DNA from: Octopus vulgaris
Taxonomy: Eukaryota
DNA: 64,000 bases
Direction of reading: 5' to 3'
NCBI GenBank assembly: GCA_951406725.2
Contig: OX597833.1
Coordinates: forward strand, 37,820,001-37,884,000
Position numbers and translations under genes: made by a program. This document shows, in pieces, positions 13,157-27,109 of this stretch. The notes below the pieces were generated by a model, which saw only the letters and a list, made by a program, of their open reading frames with translations, was not told the origin of the DNA and did not search any database. Each line of letters opens with the position of its first letter. Within the stretch, counting starts at the first letter, position 1.

Positions 13157-14716
13157 TCATCATCATCATCATCATCATCATCATTTAGCGTCCGTTTTCC
13201 ATGCTAGCATGGGTTGGACGGTTCAACTGGGGTCTGGGGAGCCCGAAGGCTGCACCAAGCCAGTCAGATCTGGCAGTGTTTCTACAGCTGGATGCCCTTC
13301 CTAACGCCAACCACTCCGAGAGTGTAGTGGGTGATTTTATGTGCCACCGACACAGGTGCCAGACGAGGCTGGCGAACGGCCACGCTCGGATGGTGTTTTT
13401 ATGTGCCACCGACACAGGTGCCAGACGAGGCTGGCAGACGGCCACGCTCGGATGGTGTTTTTATGTGCCACCGACACAGGTGCCAGATGAGGCTGGCGGA
13501 CAGCCACGATCGGATGGTGTTTGTTACGTCCCCAAAGCACGGAGGCCAGTCTATGCGGTACTGGCTACGGCCACGTTCGGATGATTTTCTTGTGTGCCAC
13601 CGGCACTGGTACCACAAAGATACAAATTCCATTGATGTTCATCTATTTTGATTTGTTTTGATTTGATTTGATTTGATTTTCACTTGCCTCAACAGGTCTT
13701 CACAAGTGTCACAAGAAGGAAGGTATGCACAGGTGGACTGACTACGTCCCAGGTAGGGGCCACATGGTGTTTTTATGTGCCACCGACACAGGTGCCAGAT
13801 GAGGCTGGCGAACGGCCACGATTGGATGGTGTTTGTTGCGTGCCCACAGCACGGAGGCCAGTCGATGCGGTACTGGCTACGGCCACGTTCGGATGGTTTT
13901 CTTGTGTGCCACCGGCACTGGTACCAAAAAGATACAAATTCCATTGATGTTCATCTATTTTGATTTGATTTGATTTGATTTTCACTTGCCTCAACAGGTC
14001 TTCACAGGTCTTCACAAGTGTCACAAGAAGGAAGGAAGGTATGCACAGGTGGACTGACTACGTCCCAAGTAGGGGCCACAGGTTATGGCCTGACTAGTCT
14101 TGCCGGGTCTTCGGTTGGTGTTTTTATGTGCCACCGACACAGGTGCCAGATGAGGCTGGCGGACGGCCACGATCGGATGGTGTTTGTTATGTGCCCACAT
14201 CACAGAGGCCAGTCGATGCGGTACTGGCTACGGCCACGTTCGGATGGTTTTCTTGTGTGCCACCGGTACTGGTACCACAAAGATACAAATTCCATTGATG
14301 TTCATCTATTTTGATTTGGTTTGATTTGATTTGATTTGATTTTGATTTTCACTTGCCTCAACAGGTCTACACAAGTGTCACACACTTGCCTCAACAGGTC
14401 TTCACAAGTGTCATAAGTAGGAAGGTATGCACAGGTGGACTGACTACGTCGCCGGGTCTTCGGATGGTGTTTTTATGTGCCACTGACACAGGTGCCAGAT
14501 GAGGCCGGCCACGATCGGATGGTTTTCTTGTGTGCCACCGGTACTGGAACCACAAAGATACAAATTCCATTGATGTTCATCTATTTTGATTTGGTTTGAT
14601 TTTCACTTGCCTCAACAGGTCTTCACAAGTGTCACACGTGTCACACACTTGCCTCAACAGGTCTCCACAAGTGTCACACACTTGCCTCTGCCTCAACAGG
14701 TCTTCACAAAGTGTCA
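13157..14716 (-). mobile_element. RTE-LINE 3' UTR-derived repeat (family B) with internal tandem and higher-order amplification
   Basis: (cat)n tail, ggatgcccttcctaacgccaaccac motif, three ~57-bp units followed by four ~250-350-bp blocks. Confidence 0.8.
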
Positions 14717-14999
14717 TATATATATATATATATCTCATGTACGTCATCATTTTAAAATCCACTTTTACATGCTTTCATAGTGGCTCAAGTGGAGCTATTG
14801 AGGCAAATATTTCACAGCTGGATGCCCTTCTTGTTGCCAAGCAAGGTAATTATATTGGTATACTAATATAATTTCAGTTGAACTATGATACAAAAGCATT
14901 TATTCTGTGGAAACATATTGTTATATTTTATTTTTCATATATATAAACACATGGAATAAAATTATTCACCACTTATGTTAAGAAAAAAATATATATATA

Positions 15000-15350
15000 A
15001 GAGAACGTGGCCGTAGCCAGCACTGCATCAATTGGCCTCCGTGCTGGTGGCACGTAACAACCATCCGATCATGGCCGTTGCCAGCCTCGCCTGGCCTCCG
15101 TGCCGGTGGCACGTAAAAAGCACCATCCAAGCGTGGCTGTTCACCAGCCTCGTCTGACACCTGTGTCGATGGCACATAAAAAGCACCCACTACACTCACA
15201 GAGTGGTTGGCGTTAGGAAGGGCATCCAGCTGTAGAAACACTGCCAGATCTGACTGGCCTGGTGCAGCCTTTGGGCTTCCCAGACCCCAGTTGAACCGTC
15301 CAACCCATGCTAGCATGGAAAACGGACGCTAAATAATGATGATGATGATG
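15000..15350 (+). mobile_element. Family B (RTE 3' UTR) copy, inverted relative to 13157
   Basis: (gat)n tail; nearly identical pseudo-peptide in the ORF track (MLAWVGRFNWGLGSPKAAP). Confidence 0.8.
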
Positions 15351-16474
15351 ATATATATATATATATGGCTCTGTGGTTAAGAAGTTTGCTTCCCAACAAC
15401 TTCAGTCCCATTGCATGACACCTTGGGTGAGTGTCTACTATAGCTTGAGGTTGCCCAAAGCCTTGTGAGTGAATTTAGTAGACAGAAATTATAAAGTAGT
15501 GTGTCACATATATAGAATATAAGAATAAAAATCACATTAATGATTTTCATTAAATAGTCAACATGCTATAAAAATTTATAGGCAATTTATACATTAAATT
15601 CATTAATAATGCACATATGTATATAATTATATAACTATATTAATAATGCTCCCTATATATATATATATTTCATGCACATATATATGGTAGAAGTATATTC
15701 CAAGGTTTCTGAAAAAGACAACATCTGTTATGATATCATTTAGCAGATGATAAAAACAATTTACTGATGATATGCTTTGTGAATCTCACACATATAATGT
15801 GCTAGACTTCAAAATGCCTTTATCCACATGAGTGCGCGTGCACACACACACTTAAAATTAAGGTCCTTCATCCAAAAGCTAAGAAAGCCAGTCATGCAAT
15901 AAAGGGCTGAATACATTAAAATGGAGAGAATCACTTAACTTGGATGTGCTGTGTAAATGCCATAAAACTGCAGTAAGTCATCCTGAGAAAACATTTCATA
16001 CAGACAAATAGTGCAAAAAAGCATAGATTATATCAGCAGATGAATTTTGTCAGTACCAATGTTAGAACTATTTATTATATTGTGATTGCAATGTATTTTT
16101 GCATCATCAGCAACAGATACCTAAACAGCGAATGCCAGGCCAAAATTTTGTCAAACCAACATATTTTTTTTTACTTATGATGAATGCCCAATGTCAGTAT
16201 TAGCACTTAAATCTTACAATTCTCTTCATGAGAAACAAAAGAAGATATATGCTTATATGTGTGTGAATGAATGGATTGCCCCATAAAAAGCACCTATGCT
16301 GGTGCCATGTTAAAAGCACCCAGTGCCCTTTGTGGAGTGGTTGGCGTTAGGAAGAGCATCAAGCTGTAGAAATCATGCCAGAACAGACAATGGAGTTTGG
16401 TGTGGCCCTTGGCCTCACCAGCTCCAATCAAACAGTCCAACCCATGTCAGTATGGAAAATACATTAAATGATTA

Positions 16475-17152
<678 letters not shown>

Positions 17153-17373
17153 GTATATATATATATGGAGAGAAAGACACACACACACACAAATAACAGT
17201 ATAACAAAACAGAATAAAAGATCTAGAAGTATTCCTTTGTTTCCAGCAGCTGCAGTAGGGTGCCCTCAAAATCTTAGGTACATACCAACTGGTCCACTTC
17301 CACTCTTCCCCTGATCTGATATTGTTGCATGTGTGATAATGAAGTTGTTGTATAACAAAAATTTTATGGTTAC

Positions 17374-17513
17374 CTGGAACATTGTTATTTATGATATTTT
17401 TTTCCCTTTCTCCTTCAGCCATTTTTTTATAATAATCATCACAAGGGTGGTCCCACGTGCTGTTTCCATTCATCAGGTTGAAGTAGTAAATGTGGCCACT
17501 TGTTAAATCTTCA
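17374..17513 (-). CDS. CEP164: CEP164 coding exon 3, WW domain C-terminal part (CEDLTSGHIYYFNLMNGNSTWDHPCDDYYK)
   Basis: tttcag acceptor, CAG|gtaacc donor, 140 nt phase 2->1; matches the CEP164 WW signature IYYFNF..G.S.WDHPCD. Confidence 0.93.
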
Positions 17514-17534
17514 CTGAAATTTATTATATAAAAA

Positions 17535-17920
17535 ATAATAATAATAATAATAATGATGATGATGAAATTATTGTATACAGTGCTCAGGTGAACCACAACT
17601 TGCCAAAAGTGTGTACAAAGCATATGCAGTAATGCACTAATGTCTGGAAAGTGAACAGTGTATGAGTCAGATACATGCTTGCATGTGTATGGAGGGGAGA
17701 AAATCAGGTGTAGTGCTGGCGAATCTCAGGAAGCATGGAAATTTTGAAGGATGCAGTGCTCCGACAACGAACAACTGATGCCGGCAGTTTGTTCCATGCT
17801 TCAGCAACTCTTAGCGTGAAAAATTGTTTCCGAAAGTCATGGGAGCTGTGCTGTTTTCTGAGTTGGTAAACATGTCCAAGGGTGTTAGACAGGTGGAGTT
17901 TGAAAAGGAGCTCAGAGTTA
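17535..17920 (-). mobile_element. 3' end of a CR1-type LINE (same family as 39181-40818); a shorter tail-only copy lies at 23086-23150
   Basis: Reverse complement matches 40520-40818 (QHSSHDFRK..FTLRVAEAWNKLPASVV; gagcactgtatacaa; (tta)n tail). Confidence 0.8.
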
Positions 17921-18506
17921 TTTTAAAACAAATTAATAAAGCAGTCAATCACCTAATCACTTAATGTGTATCAACCATTATCATTGAATAATCTAGCATC
18001 AGAACTTATCATTTTCTCTTTTGTCACAATTAGCATCATCGTCATGATAAGGAGAAGGATGATGACAGTAATAATAACGACAATAATGATGAGGATAGAG
18101 GTAACGATTAAGACAATGTTAATGATAACAAAACAACAGGTGATGAGGATGTTAATTAACATCACCATATTTATCACTTTCAACACTGATATAATTATCT
18201 TACGTAACACATCAAGTGAGGAGTATGGTGATAGTGGTGTGATGACGATGTGGATGATGATAATGATGATGATGACGATGCGTTAATGCTTAGATTCACA
18301 TCAGACTCTAACCAAACAAGGTAATAGATGAGAATGGTAATCATAATCATGATTATTTTAAGCTGATGATAATGAAATTGAGGAGATGGACAATGATCAC
18401 AGTGATGCTGATGATGATTGTTAAAATACAGGTGATAGTAGTGAAATTAAATGAAAGTAAAATTTTTTTTTAAATATGTCAGAATCAAGAGCATCACATC
18501 ACTTAC

Positions 18507-18618
18507 CAAACTCTCCAATCATCAGGTAAATGAGCAAGAATTCCTTCCTGTGCAATCCACATGAGGTGGGGTTCTATTTCTGGATCAATATCAATGGTGC
18601 GAGCATATTCTAGGATTT
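18507..18618 (-). CDS. CEP164: CEP164 coding exon 2 ([38 protein letters not shown])
   Basis: tttcag acceptor, TG|gtaagt donor, 112 nt phase 1->2; strong similarity to the CEP164 N-terminus EILEFAREIGIDP..EPELMWLAREGI.APLP..W. Confidence 0.93.
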
Positions 18619-21053
18619 CTGAAATGAAACAAACATCAGTTATGACACCATTTAGCAGAAGATAAAAAAAAATATTACTGATATCTGATAGCAACTGAAT
18701 ATTGATATCAGGATTGACGGCAATCTTACACACATCACGTCACTCACTGATGAACTTTCAAGGCAGAAACAACCCCAGCATAATTTGAACTGATAAATCA
18801 TCATCATCATTTAACATCCATTTTCCATGTTGGCATGGGTTAGATGATTTGATCAGATCTGGTAAGGCCATGGTTTCTATGGATTGATGCCCTTCCTAAC
18901 ACCAACCACTCCACAGAATAAACTAGGTGCTTTTTATGTGGCACCAGCACCGGTATCAATTCTGCTGTAGTGGACGGACGGATCTTCTTGAGTACAGCAA
19001 TGTGCTAGATATCTCAGTCCATAACTAAATTAAGTGGTTTGTCCATCATTCCACTGATTCTTTCATTCACAGCTCTCCTTTCCACACTCATTATCATATT
19101 TTGTTTTAACAGAAGTCAGTGAAGGAGAAGGTGCAGACCCCACTCTCAGATTGATGCCCAACTTGAAGATCTAAAGGCCAATTTTTGCAGTAAAAAACAA
19201 TGGTGAGTAGTGAATGATTGCAACCTGATGCAAAATTGACCTCAGCAGGATTTGAATTCAGCAAAAACGAGGTCCAGTCAAGCTTTCTCCCACAACTTAT
19301 CTTCTAATACCCATTCCTTCATCAATCTTCTAACTACAGTGTTACTCACCCAGGTGCTGTCAATGATATCATTGTCCTCCAACACTAAGGTGTAGAGCTG
19401 GCAGGGTCGTTAGCACACCAGACAAAATGCTTAGTGGAATTTCATCCAGCTTTATGTTCCAAGTTCAAATTTGCCTTTCATTCTTTTGGGGTTGATGTAA
19501 TCGACTTAACCCCTCTCTCAAAATTACTGGTCTTGTGCCAAAATTTGAAACCATTTGGTGATACATAAAAGGCACTTGTGCCAGTGACAAGTAGAAGGCA
19601 CCCATGCCAGTGACACATAGAAGTCACCAACTACACTTTATGAAGTGGTTGGCATTAGGAAGGGCATCCAGCTGTAGAACCTAAGCCAAAACAGATGAGA
19701 GCCTGGTGCAACTCTCCAGCTTACCAATCCCAATCAAACCATCTAACCTGTATTAGCATGGAGAGCAGATGCAAAGTGACAATGATGATGATGATATCCT
19801 CTAACACTTCACATTGTATCTCTATTACTGTCCCTTATCACCTCCTCTTCATCTATGACCCACTCCTATTTCCTTCACTTCCCCCCAAACCAATATTCAA
19901 TTTATCCATCAATTTCCATCTGTAGTCATCTGTCACACTCTTTCCATACTCTTGCAAGCTAACCTGTCCACCAACTTTTTTTGTTTCTCTATCCCTTTTC
20001 TCTCTTTCATATTCACCTTCTACCTTGAGGGTATGCCCTCACCACCTCTCTCTCTCTCTCTTGCACACTCTCTTTCCAACTGGGAGAGTCATGTACTCTC
20101 CTCTTCAGCAAGACATCTTTTTATTCCCTCTATCATACTTTCACTTCCTTCAATAATACCTTATTCAGTCAAGGGTGTCTTGTCATGCAAACACTTGGTA
20201 CTAATGAAGAAAGTGCCTTGCACACTCTAATACATTCATTGGCATTAGAAAAAATATCCATTTGTAGAAACCATGCAAAGCAGTCATTGAAGTTTGGTGC
20301 AGTTCGCTGACTCATTAGTACCTGTTGAACTGTCCCACCTGTACAATATGGAAAATAGACATCATCAATGATGATGATGAATGCAAAGGGTCATAACTAC
20401 AGTATTTTGACAACTTATAAGGGGCACATATAAAAAGTATCCCATAAAATCTTCCTGTGTCTTATCAATACAAGGCCAGGATTTAAGTTACTGGCAAGCA
20501 GTGGCACAAGAAAGAGTTTCTGAAACTTGAGGTGAACATTATAAGCTATTAGATATGGTAAATACCACAAGGAATCTTAGCTATCAGTCTACTTATTTCT
20601 CCAATTCACTATTAATAATAATTCATCATATAAATATATATAAACCATCATCATCATCAATTAATATATTTATATATATATATATATATATATACTCTTA
20701 CTCTTTTACTTGTTTCAGTAATTTGAGTGCGGCCATGCTGGAGCACCGCCTTTAGTCGGGAAATTGCCCCCAGGACTCATTCTTTTGGTCTCTTTTGCCG
20801 AACCGCTAAGTTGCGGGGACGTAAATACACCACCATCGGTTGTCAAGCAAAGTGGGGGGGGGGACAAACATTATACACACACACATACATATATATATAT
20901 ATACATATATACGACGGGCTTCTTTCAGTTTCCGTCTACCAAATCCACTCACAAGGCTTTGGTCAGCCCGAGGCTATAGTAGAAGACACTAGCACCCAAA
21001 GTGCCACGCAGTGGGACTGAACCCAGAACCATAAATATATATATATATAAATA

Positions 21054-21740
21054 TGTGGTCTGATGAATAAGTATCCAGACTGTTGCCATAGTAACAAAGC
21101 TAAAACACATAGATTGAAGCCGCTTGGCACAGATTGACCTTGAACTCTGCTGTGCATGTGCACTAAGTTTTAATGTTCTAGCTCACTTCCACTGTTTACA
21201 TTTGGGAGACTCACAACCAGTAGAACTGAGAAAAACATTGCAGATATGCATGCAGCAGCAAGGGGAAATCATTGACTCACCATCTGTGATTTATCAGGGA
21301 ATATGTAGATTAGTTACGGTTCAGTTCAGTCCACAATCACTGAAGATTTGGGTATCAGAAATGTGTCAGCGAAGTTTGTGCCAAAACTGCTTTCAGCTGA
21401 CCAAAAAGACACACGGGTTCCAGTTGTACAAGATCTCCTTGATTGTGTCAAGAATGATGAAAACTTATAGAAAACTTTGTGTAGGCCTCTGAGCAGGTAT
21501 CACCAAGCTTTTGACAAAATTTGATGCAGATTCTCTGCTCATCTTTCTTTGTCATGGTCAATGTGATGATCACACGCTACACACCTTCCTTCCAAGCACT
21601 GCTGTAAACAACAGCAGTGAGCTAGAATGTTAAAACTTAGAGTGCATGCACAGCAGAGTTCAAGGTCAATCTGTGCTAAGTGGCTTTATTCTGTGCTTTA
21701 GCTTCACTACTATGACAACAGTCCAGATACTTATAGACAT
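21054..21740 (+). mobile_element. Mariner-derived MITE with ~150-bp TIRs and an internal transposase scrap
   Basis: Inverted ends (gtatccagactgttgccatag...ttgaccttgaactctgctgtgcatg / reverse), TA-rich flanks, internal frame EDLGIRNVSAKFVPKLLSADQK (WVPHEL-equivalent motif). Confidence 0.8.
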
Positions 21741-22322
21741 ATATATATATTTATATATATATATATATATATATCATCATCATCATCATCGTTTAACGTC
21801 CGTTTTCCGCGCTAGCACGGGTTGGACGGTTCAACCGGGGTCTGGGAAGCCAGGGGCTGCTCCAGGCTCCAGTCTGATCTGGCAGAGTTGTTGTGTTGTA
21901 AGAAGCTTGCTTCCAAACCACATATGGCTCTATCTTCATTTCCACTGTCTGGAACCTTGGTCAAGTGTCTTCTACTATAGCCTCGGGCCCAACAAAGCCT
22001 TGTGAATGAATTTGGTAGATAGAAGCTGAAAGAAGCCTCTTTTGTGTGTGTGTATATGTGTGTACATGTCTGTTTGTCTTCCACCAACTCCTGACAGCCA
22101 ATGTTGGTGTGTTTATGTCCCCATAACTTAGTGGTTTGGCAAAAGGACAGAATAAGTACCAGGCTTAAAAAATAAGAAATACGGGAATTGATTCATTCAA
22201 CTAAAAATTCTTCAAAGTGGTGCCCCAACATGGCCATAGTCCAACTAAAACAAATAGAAGGCACATATATATATATATATATATATATATACCCTATATA
22301 TCCAATTGTTCAAAGTACTCAC

Positions 22323-22389
22323 CTTCTTCAGTTGGTTGATAATTTTCATCAAATGTTTCTTCGAGGATAATTTGGTTTTGAGTGGACAT
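22323..22389 (-). CDS. CEP164: CEP164 first coding exon (MSTQNQIILEETFDENYQPTEE)
   Basis: aaaATG start, G|gtgagt donor, 67 nt phase 1; resembles CEP164 QLVLEEDYDE.Y.P.E.E; upstream acceptor at 22433 or 22449 implies a 5' UTR exon further upstream. Confidence 0.9.
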
Positions 22390-23119
22390 TTTGACGCAAA
22401 TTTACAAAAAAAAAAAAAAAAGTCCAGCAATGTCTGTTATAAAAAATACCTAAAATAAAAGAATAATAAAAAGAAATTACAACTATTACTTTTGCCATGG
22501 GTGTTGTTATTGTTGTGGTAGCTACTGGTGAAAAAAAAATGTATTTCTAAGATTACATGTAGAAGTAACTAACAACACTCACAAACAATTAACAGAAGCT
22601 TTATTCAATGCACATAGTGTTTTCTATGTTGCTCTTTTGACAAAAACAGCAACAATTATGCACAGGGAGAGACATACTACTGAGATCTATTGGTATACCA
22701 ATTGTGGTTGGCCCATCACAACTAGAAAATAGTCACTTTTCATTCATGACAACAAATTCTGTGCCTTCTATCTGCCAACAGCTGATGATGGAATGAGAAT
22801 GGAAACATCATGTAGCAATCTCATGATTCTGGGGTTACCACCAAAAACCACTATCATATAGGGTTCAATAAGAAGGTTCTAGAAAGCTGAATTATGTGCG
22901 GGCTTGACACTGATTGGTCAGTGATACTACTGTGACTTAGTTGTGATGTCTATTTAGCTATTTAGTGATTTGGTTTCAAATCCACTACAAGTAGCCTCCT
23001 CCTAGTTCTGCATGAAATGTAAGAGAATGTCATATAAAAAGAGAAAGAATGACCAACAGATGTACAAAAAGAAAAAGAAGGAAAAGTTGTGGTGCACCTG
23101 AGCACTTTATACAATAATT

Positions 23120-23150
<31 letters not shown>

Positions 23151-23379
23151 ACATTGAATACTAAAAAGTTGAGGAATTTTATTTTAATTTACTTTTGTTT
23201 CCCATCTCTTTCTGACTCCTGTCTAGCACTTCCTCCCCATCAATGACAATTTACTTTTATATCATACACACATACACAAATGACACAGTTCACCACTAGC
23301 CACTGTTGAAGCCCCTATACTGTTACTTGACTCGCTAGAAATAGCAGCAAAATCTAACACAAGCCACACCCTGCCATCT

Positions 23380-24064
23380 TAACCCTTTAGCATTTAAACT
23401 GACCACATCAGATTCAGATATCCTACCTATGTTATGTTCAAACTGGCTAGATCCAGCCTTTCACACCTACCCTACTATGTCATTTTAATAAATTAAAAAA
23501 ATAAATAATCACATCATCAAAATCTTGAAGCTACAAGATAATGCATGATTAATTCAAAACAATGTGAATAAATAAGGATTACATTTGATAGAGAAATCTG
23601 AATGTGGAAGGATTAAAAATAGGATATGAACAATAATGTAGTCTGAATATACCAAAAAGATAATCACAAATGGAAAGCCTTGGTTCATAAGTCTGCTAGA
23701 TCAGGGCTGACCCAGGTCTAAACAGCAATAACAGCACAATTCCCCAATTCCTTAACCCTTTAGCATTTAAACTGGCCATATCTGGCCCAAATATTCTACC
23801 TGTTTTATATTCAACTGACCATATCTGGTCCAAATATTCTATCTGTTTTATATTCAACTGGCCATATCTGGTCCAAATATAATACCTGTTTTATATTCAA
23901 CTGGCCAGATGCGATCTCTCATACCTAACCAACAATGTCATTCTAAAAATAAACAATCACATCATTGAAGTCTCGAAGCTACAAAATAATGCATGATTAA
24001 TTCAAAGCAATATGAATATAAAAGCATTACATTTGAAAGAGTAATCTGAATACTGAAGGGTTAA
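23380..24064. mobile_element. piggyBac-type MITE family 2, two copies (also ~10395-10612 and 56150-56565)
   Basis: ttaaccctttagcatt...aagggttaa termini; second copy has a ~40-bp internal unit repeated 3-4 times and shares its TTAA with the next MITE. Confidence 0.7.
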
Positions 24065-24919
24065 CCCTTTTGTTACCAACTCAGCTGAAACTGGCTCTGG
24101 CTCTGAATACAAATGTCTTGTTTTCAAAAGTTCTGAATTAAAATCTGTCACAAAATTCAGTCACAATTTATGTTCCTAACACTGGCTGAATGATAACCAA
24201 GTTATTTTACTAAATTCTATGTTATATTTTAAGTAATTGGAAGAAACACAGAGCATCTCAAAATAAATACAGTAACGAAAGGGTTAAACTTATATTTTTG
24301 CTGTTGTACATCAATTTCCTTAAGCATCATGGGTAGGATGCTTTTTGTCTTATTGCTAGAGTAGTTAAAACAGCTAAATAGCTACTTGTGATATGATATA
24401 ATTAAACAACAGAGCCTTTATTTAGTCACTAGAGTTAAGTTCTTTTAAATCACCTTAATAGAAATGAAAAGGCACATTGAGCAGGTCGTAGCTATATGAA
24501 GAGAGATAACTGTCACAGATAGAAATGCCTCTGATTAATAGGTCTGCTTGTATCAGAGCTAACCGCTTTTGAAGAAGAACAACACTGGAGGGACATGCTT
24601 ATGAGAATCAAACTGAGGTAAACAGAGCTATGTGACTTATCCAGGAATACAACACATTTGCTATAGTAAGATTTGAACTGATGGCAGTGTAGGTACTATT
24701 CTGTACCTTAATTTCACATGCAGTGCAGCAGCTCTAATTTATATGCTGCTTCTAAACTTAAAGTTCAGTCCATGATATGCAAGGTGTTTGGGCTGCATTT
24801 GACAGTTTACATAAAGGGCAAAAAAAAAAAAAAAAAGCAATATCCCATCCAAAAATAAAAGTATTTTTAAAAAATCAAAAATATCAACAAGATTATGGCT
24901 GGGAGATGACAGTTAACTC

Positions 24920-25637
24920 AGAGTAGCTTCCCTCAACTTCCACCATAGCCTCAAGACAGCTCCAGAACCTGGCACATGAGAGCCCCCCACTGTGCCCTGG
25001 GAAGATATTTGAACACCTCCTTCATCTTGGCCCCTAGCTTCACCTTGATGATGCAGGCAGAGTGGTTGATGTCTTTCTCAACCACATCCCACATATTGTA
25101 ATCCAAGGGATTACAATTGAGGGAATTAAGAGGTCAGAAGTTGGGGCTGGTGAAGTCATAGCAATTCTCTGACAACCACTTTTGACTCTTCCCAGAGGAT
25201 GGCAAGGAGCCAAATCCTGCTACCACACATATGGCCTCCCAGCAAGAACCCTCTCCAACCAGGATTTGACCACAGTCTCTAGCAGCTTTACATAGCTGTC
25301 TGAATTGAGCCTAAGGCCCTGTTCAAAGACATGGAGGTAGCAAGACATCACCCTCACTGGAGACACACCCAAAGACCATCACAATTATGGGGAACTTGGT
25401 TTTTATGATGTCTGTGTCACATCTTACAACCTTTACAATGTTCACGAATCATCATGACAAAGGTAACTTTTTTCCAAACTCAAATGGCTTCCAGTTCAGC
25501 ATGTCAGCAAACCTTTTCTCAACTACAACTTTAATCTTTATACTCTCTCCAATGCCACTGACTATTCACCAACACATGAAACTGTTCCTGGAGAAAGGAG
25601 ACATAAAAAAATTGTCAAATCTAGCCTGAATACCCTG
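24920..25637 (-). pseudogene. Tc1/mariner (maT, DD37D-like) transposase remnant
   Basis: Reverse frames give VMVFGCVSSEGDV, PYVW*QDLAPCH and NSLNCNPLDYNMWDVVEK; terminal cagggt in a TA-rich flank. Confidence 0.7.
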
Positions 25638-27109
25638 TGTATATATGACCCACTCTCAGCTCATTGGCAACCTAATCAAACAAGACCATCATCACATCCA
25701 CAGTTGCTGTTGCAACAGCTTTGTTCACACATGTACATAAAATACTCATGTGAAACTGAGAGTACCAGCTGAATTATTATGATAGAACAGAAATAAAGGT
25801 ATTGTAGAAGTGTCAGTCCCTTTTTACATTTTATATTCAAATCTCACTAGAGCCAACAGTGCTTTTCAGCTCTCTGGAGGTTATCATCATCATCATCGTT
25901 TAATGTCCGCTTTCCATGCTAGCATGTGTTGGACAGTTCGACTGGGGTCTGGGAAGCCAGGAGGCGGTGCCAGGCTCCAGTCTGATCTGGCAGTGTTTCT
26001 ACAGCTGGATGCCCTTCCTAATGCCAACCACTCCGTGAGTGTAGTGGGTGCTTTTTACGTACCAGGCAAGGCTGGCAACGGCTGGCAACGATTGGTTGGT
26101 GCTTTTTACGTGCAACCGGTACAGAGGCCAGTTGGGGCAGTGCTGGCAACGGCCACGTTCGGATGGTTCTTTTACGTGCCAAAAAATCAATCAAAAGCCA
26201 AACCCAGCCTTTCATGGGTTTATTAATATTAAGATAAATGCTGTGATTCTTTTTTTTAAGGTGGTGAGGTGGCAGAATCATTAGCACACTGGGCAAAATG
26301 CTTAGTGGTATTCTGTCTATATTTACATTCTGAGTTCAAATTCTGTCGAGGTCGACTTTGCCTTTCATTCTTTCAAGCTTGATAAAATAAGTGCCAGTTG
26401 AGTACTGGGATTGCCGAAATCAATTTATGCTCTCCTCAAAAATTGCTGGCCTTGTGCCTAAATCTGAAACTAATATTAAAATAAATATTATCATATTTAT
26501 ATTTTGGATAAACAGCTTTACAAAATGATGACAGTTTGTCCAGGAATGTGAATCCACTCAGAACTGTTGTGTTCAAGACATCCAGAAGATGGTTCAAGTT
26601 GAGCTTAATAAAAATGCACAAAATAATATACAAATTTAGAACCTAAAATAAAGTTTGATTGACATTTTTGTTTTTATTCTGGGAAAACATGCTTTTTCTC
26701 AAAATACTGTCCTAATTTATTTAAGTATTGTAAAGGAATTTTTTTTTCTAGCTAGAAACTATTTTCCACTATCTATTATACAGTATTTGGGGGTACAGAA
26801 CAGTTGTAACTTTCTATCTACAGACTAAAGGGTCCAATTAAAAAAAAAAAAAGGTGTGTAACCTTTGACCTCCTTCAAAAATATTCTTCTGTGCAATATT
26901 TCACAATACTTCAGGGACAAAAGTGCAAAACTGCAGCCCACAAGTTTGAACACTGCCCAGGCCTTCTGAATTAAGCATTCCCGCTATTACCATCCTGTCT
27001 TTTTAGGGTTAATTAGGACTGCATCATCCAATATCTTTTACTTTCTCAAGTTGTGATTCGAAAGAAATTTAGCTTCTTCTTCTAGCTGGTAGAACGACCA
27101 TGTGTACAG

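Noticed and set aside
13330-14716. CRISPR-like repeat array
   Set aside because: Intervening segments are copies of each other rather than unique spacers; there are no cas genes; the context is a eukaryotic retroelement UTR
13116-15316. Cluster of overlapping 60-130 aa ORFs on both strands
   Set aside because: By-product of GC-rich tandem repeats; the same pseudo-peptides recur at every repeat copy
17940-18450. Met/Ile/Asp-rich ORFs
   Set aside because: Degenerate (atg/gat)n low-complexity intron sequence between two well-supported exons
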